Under the pieces are notes generated by a model, which was not told where the DNA came from, made no database searches, and worked only from the letters and a program-made list of their open reading frames with translations. Shown piece after piece: positions 61,015 through 64,000 of a stretch of 64,000 bases of DNA (position 1 is the first letter of the stretch; each line of letters starts with the position of its first letter). Position numbers and translations under genes: made by a program. This stretch comes from Oikopleura dioica. Its lineage: Eukaryota; Animalia; Chordata. The stretch lies in assembly GCA_907165135.1 (NCBI GenBank), contig OU015567.1, forward strand, positions 1,178,001 through 1,242,000, written 5' to 3'.

Positions 61015-63634
61015 GATAAATCGTTGAATTTTCGGCCGACAATTTTGAGTAAAATTTTCAAAGAATTTCGGCCAATCAGATTTCCGCATTCGGGGCGGTA
61101 GGCCAATCAGATTTTTTGTCGAGAATTTCTTTTTCAACTGTCTTTTTCGACTATATTCTTGACATATAATTTCTGATAATTATTTTTTTCATTTCTATTT
61201 TCAATGAAAATCACGATACATGAAATAGATCAAGTGTTAGTTTTGACGAATTGACCAGTCAATTTGGAATCATCATATTGTAAATTCACTGGAAACATGA
61301 TTTTAAGTTCGCTATAATAGCAAAGTGGCAATTAAAACTCATGATTTTGGATTACTTTGTGAATTGTAGGGTCGAAAACGGAAAGAATTACAGTAAAAGA
61401 GGACTGCAGCCTGAACTCTTCAGATTACAAAAGGGGAACAAAGTCGTTTAGCTGCAGAACAAAGTGGCGCAAATAGGAGAAGTTACGTCTAAATTGTACT
61501 CGGCACGTCCGGAAGCGACATTTTCGAGATGCCATTTAAAACGCATTTATCGCCGTGTTTGGCAACAAACAGTCTCCCGCACCCTCGAAATCTTCCATTA
61601 TCCGCCGAACGGCCGCTCGCTCAGGCACTTTTAATTATGTCACTCTTCCGATTATCTAAAGAGGAAGCTGCTATTTTGGTACTCAAACCATGATAAACGA
61701 GATTTTTAACCTTGGGCAGCAGAGTTCGAATTCAATTAGCGACAGTATTTCACTTTTTTACCCACAGCTAGAAGAAGGCCTTCTTACTCTTGGTCTAGGT
61801 AAATCGGACCGAAAAAAGGCCTTACGGCCCGGAGGGCCGAAGATCATTCTGTAAAATATCGACCCTAAGGAGCTGAAATTCATTTCTATTCATCAAGATA
61901 GGTTAACCTGTTGCGGAGAAGTAGGCGTAAATTTGCCTTCCGCCCAATAAAAATGCCGTATTTCAAGCCTCGGGGCGTGCCGTACCAGCAAAATTGGTAC
62001 GCACTCGGCAACAGGTTAATATTTGATTAATAGGTTAAATTCTGGGACCGAAATTCTCCATGATTTTTACGGCCTCCTGCCGAGACCAGCTGATAATATG
62101 CGCGACCGGGGAATCGATTTTCGCGAAAAGACCAACAGTATTTCAGGTCATGTGATGATAATTGTTTCCAATAATCGCCGAATCCGGGTCTCGGCTTTTT
62201 GCCCCTCCTCGCGCGGGCCCACTTGACTTGCCACAAAAATTAAGCTAAAATGGGGCACTTGAGGAATCTCTAAATTAGCGACTTGGATTCTGATTTTTCA
62301 TCTTAGGCCCACTTTACTTATCGTCTTCCAAACAGCGAGCGAATATTTTTGAAATTCAAAAATTTCAATCTTAGAAAAAAAAAATCAATTTTTGAAAAAA
62401 AAAATTTCTGATTTTTTTTAGAATTTTTTATTAAAAAACTCTTCAGAAAAAACGCTTCTTTCAAAACTCCTTATTCAAAAAAAGAGTAATCTCTCCATCC
62501 AAAAACAAGCAATGACTGTTTAACACACAACACCAACAGCAGATAATCAGTCCCAAAAGCGGATCAAGCAATCGTAATTCCGCGAGAACATCTTTCGCGG
62601 CCAGCAGCTCCGGTGCATGCTTAACCTTTTTGCTTGGGCTTAGCCAGCAGGAATTTAAAGGCAGCGCGACCAGATTGTGATGTCACGAAAAAAGGATCAA
62701 AAAAGTATTTCAAACACTTTGGCTCGTCTTTTCTTTTCGATAGATTTTTGGCACCTTGAGCTTGAAATTCAAAATAGAGCATTTTTCTTAAAATTAACTT
62801 TAACTTGTTCGCGCCAAAGGGGCCGAAAATGGCTCTCACGGGTCTTATTAGTCGGCCCGCCGGGCCAAAAGATTGTCCATATTGATAAAAAATCTGATGA
62901 ACTGGTAGTTTTTCAATGAAACAAACTTTTGATTGTGTAAACAAGAGTTTTAATAATCGCCATTTTCGGTTTTGATAATAAACTGTTTCATTCAACCGAG
63001 GTGGTAATTTCGTGGTCGAGGTGGATTTTAGCGCTGAGTTCATTCGGTATTATGGTACTTATCAACGTGCGTGCCGATTTCCAATTTAATGTCGATCTGA
63101 TCCTCAAGGCTCAGCACTGGCTTGGTGGACACGAGAGATTTTGTGAGCGAGAGGCTTTTTGGATTTCCAATTTTGGGGTTCGGTGAAACCTCAAAAATAA
63201 CCAACGAGCTTTTTTTCAAGATCAAAAATCCAATTTTTCGGCTTAATTTGACTACGTTTTTTAATGAATACGCATGTTCAATTTCGAAATACTTAATTTA
63301 TGAGTCGAAAGAGTCGAAAAGAGTTGGAGAGCGTGTTTTTGGAAATTTTCCAAAGCTCGTAGAATTGGGCAACGTAGAAGCTGAATGATAACGTAATTCT
63401 CCCGTATGATCCGATAGAGATAAAATTAATAAGCAAAGTGCCGCACTCATGCTCTCTTCAAAAAACCGCCGACGATGCGATTTCGGCGAAGTTTCGGTGC
63501 TTTTCGTGCTCGTCTTTAATATTCAATACTTATGACTCGTAATTCATGGATAATAATTATTTTTATTAAGAATTTTGTTACTTCAGAACAAATATTGATA
63601 TTTTTGCAACATTTTATTGAATGATACGTCTTCC

Positions 63635-63830
63635 TCACGGGTCTCTTTTTATACCTAGTTTTCGGCTGATAGTAACCACCTGCTTTCGCTGAATCATAAA
63701 GGCCGTATACTCCGGGAACTGGAGTACAGAGGAGCTTATGTCAAAGCAAACCATTTGTTCAAAAATGGAACCATTTTGATTTCTACTGATTTTACTCAAA
63801 AAGAGTTTCTGAACGAAAAACTGACTCGCT
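63635..63830 (-). CDS. Possible exon of an uncharacterised gene running out of the window
   Basis: Protein-like ORF (..NGSIFEQMVCFDISSSVLQFPEYTAFMIQ..) bounded by plausible splice sites; no motif recognised. Confidence 0.25.
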
Positions 63831-64000
63831 ATGCAAAAACGCAATCAGAAAATAAGTACCGCAAAGAGTGAGATTTTTTCATGAGCTGATTTGCGTTTTG
63901 GTACAGATGTCAAAATAAACATGTTCTCTTAGATCTGCGGAAATTCAATAAATGACTAGTTACATCGTTCAAAATACCTATGCTCAGGTATATGCTCATT

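Noticed and set aside
59800-62300. Scattered 60-120 aa ORFs on both strands
   Set aside because: No motifs or consistent exon chain; could be decayed TE or unrecognised exons, but unsupported.
1-64000. rRNA, spliced-leader RNA, snRNA or histone genes
   Set aside because: No recognisable signature seen by eye; a covariance-model search would be needed to exclude small RNAs.

Overview
Eukaryotic, intron-dense and compact genomic DNA. Most introns are 40-70 nt and several use GA-AG, GG-AG or GC-AG splice sites. This pattern and the gene families present point to the appendicularian tunicate Oikopleura dioica or a close relative (inference). Host genes in order: a CUB plus Cys/His-repeat secreted protein (5' truncated); two tandem B4GALNT-like GT2 glycosyltransferases; a long Cys-rich/kelch-like gene or gene run on the minus strand hit by several transposons; a mucin-like protein; HMBOX1; about 10 kb without genes; a secreted Cys-rich gene disrupted by two MITEs; a class-3 lipase; stomatin; a PLA2-like protein; a K2P channel; and RASSF9/10. 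The most striking feature is an 8.2-kb element (12945-21152) with 27-bp TIRs and a TA target duplication, inserted in what was a 42-nt intron. It encodes an intact 742-aa IS630/Tc1/mariner transposase with an unusual DD55D triad and a long N-terminal extension. Converging on the transposase is a spliced SGNH-hydrolase-like gene, and the element also carries a BTB-BACK gene fragment, internal repeats and nested MITEs. The window holds many MITE families (hAT-, Mutator-, piggyBac- and Kolobok-like), several inside exons, and some could be spliced out. All gene models were built by eye and no database searches were run.
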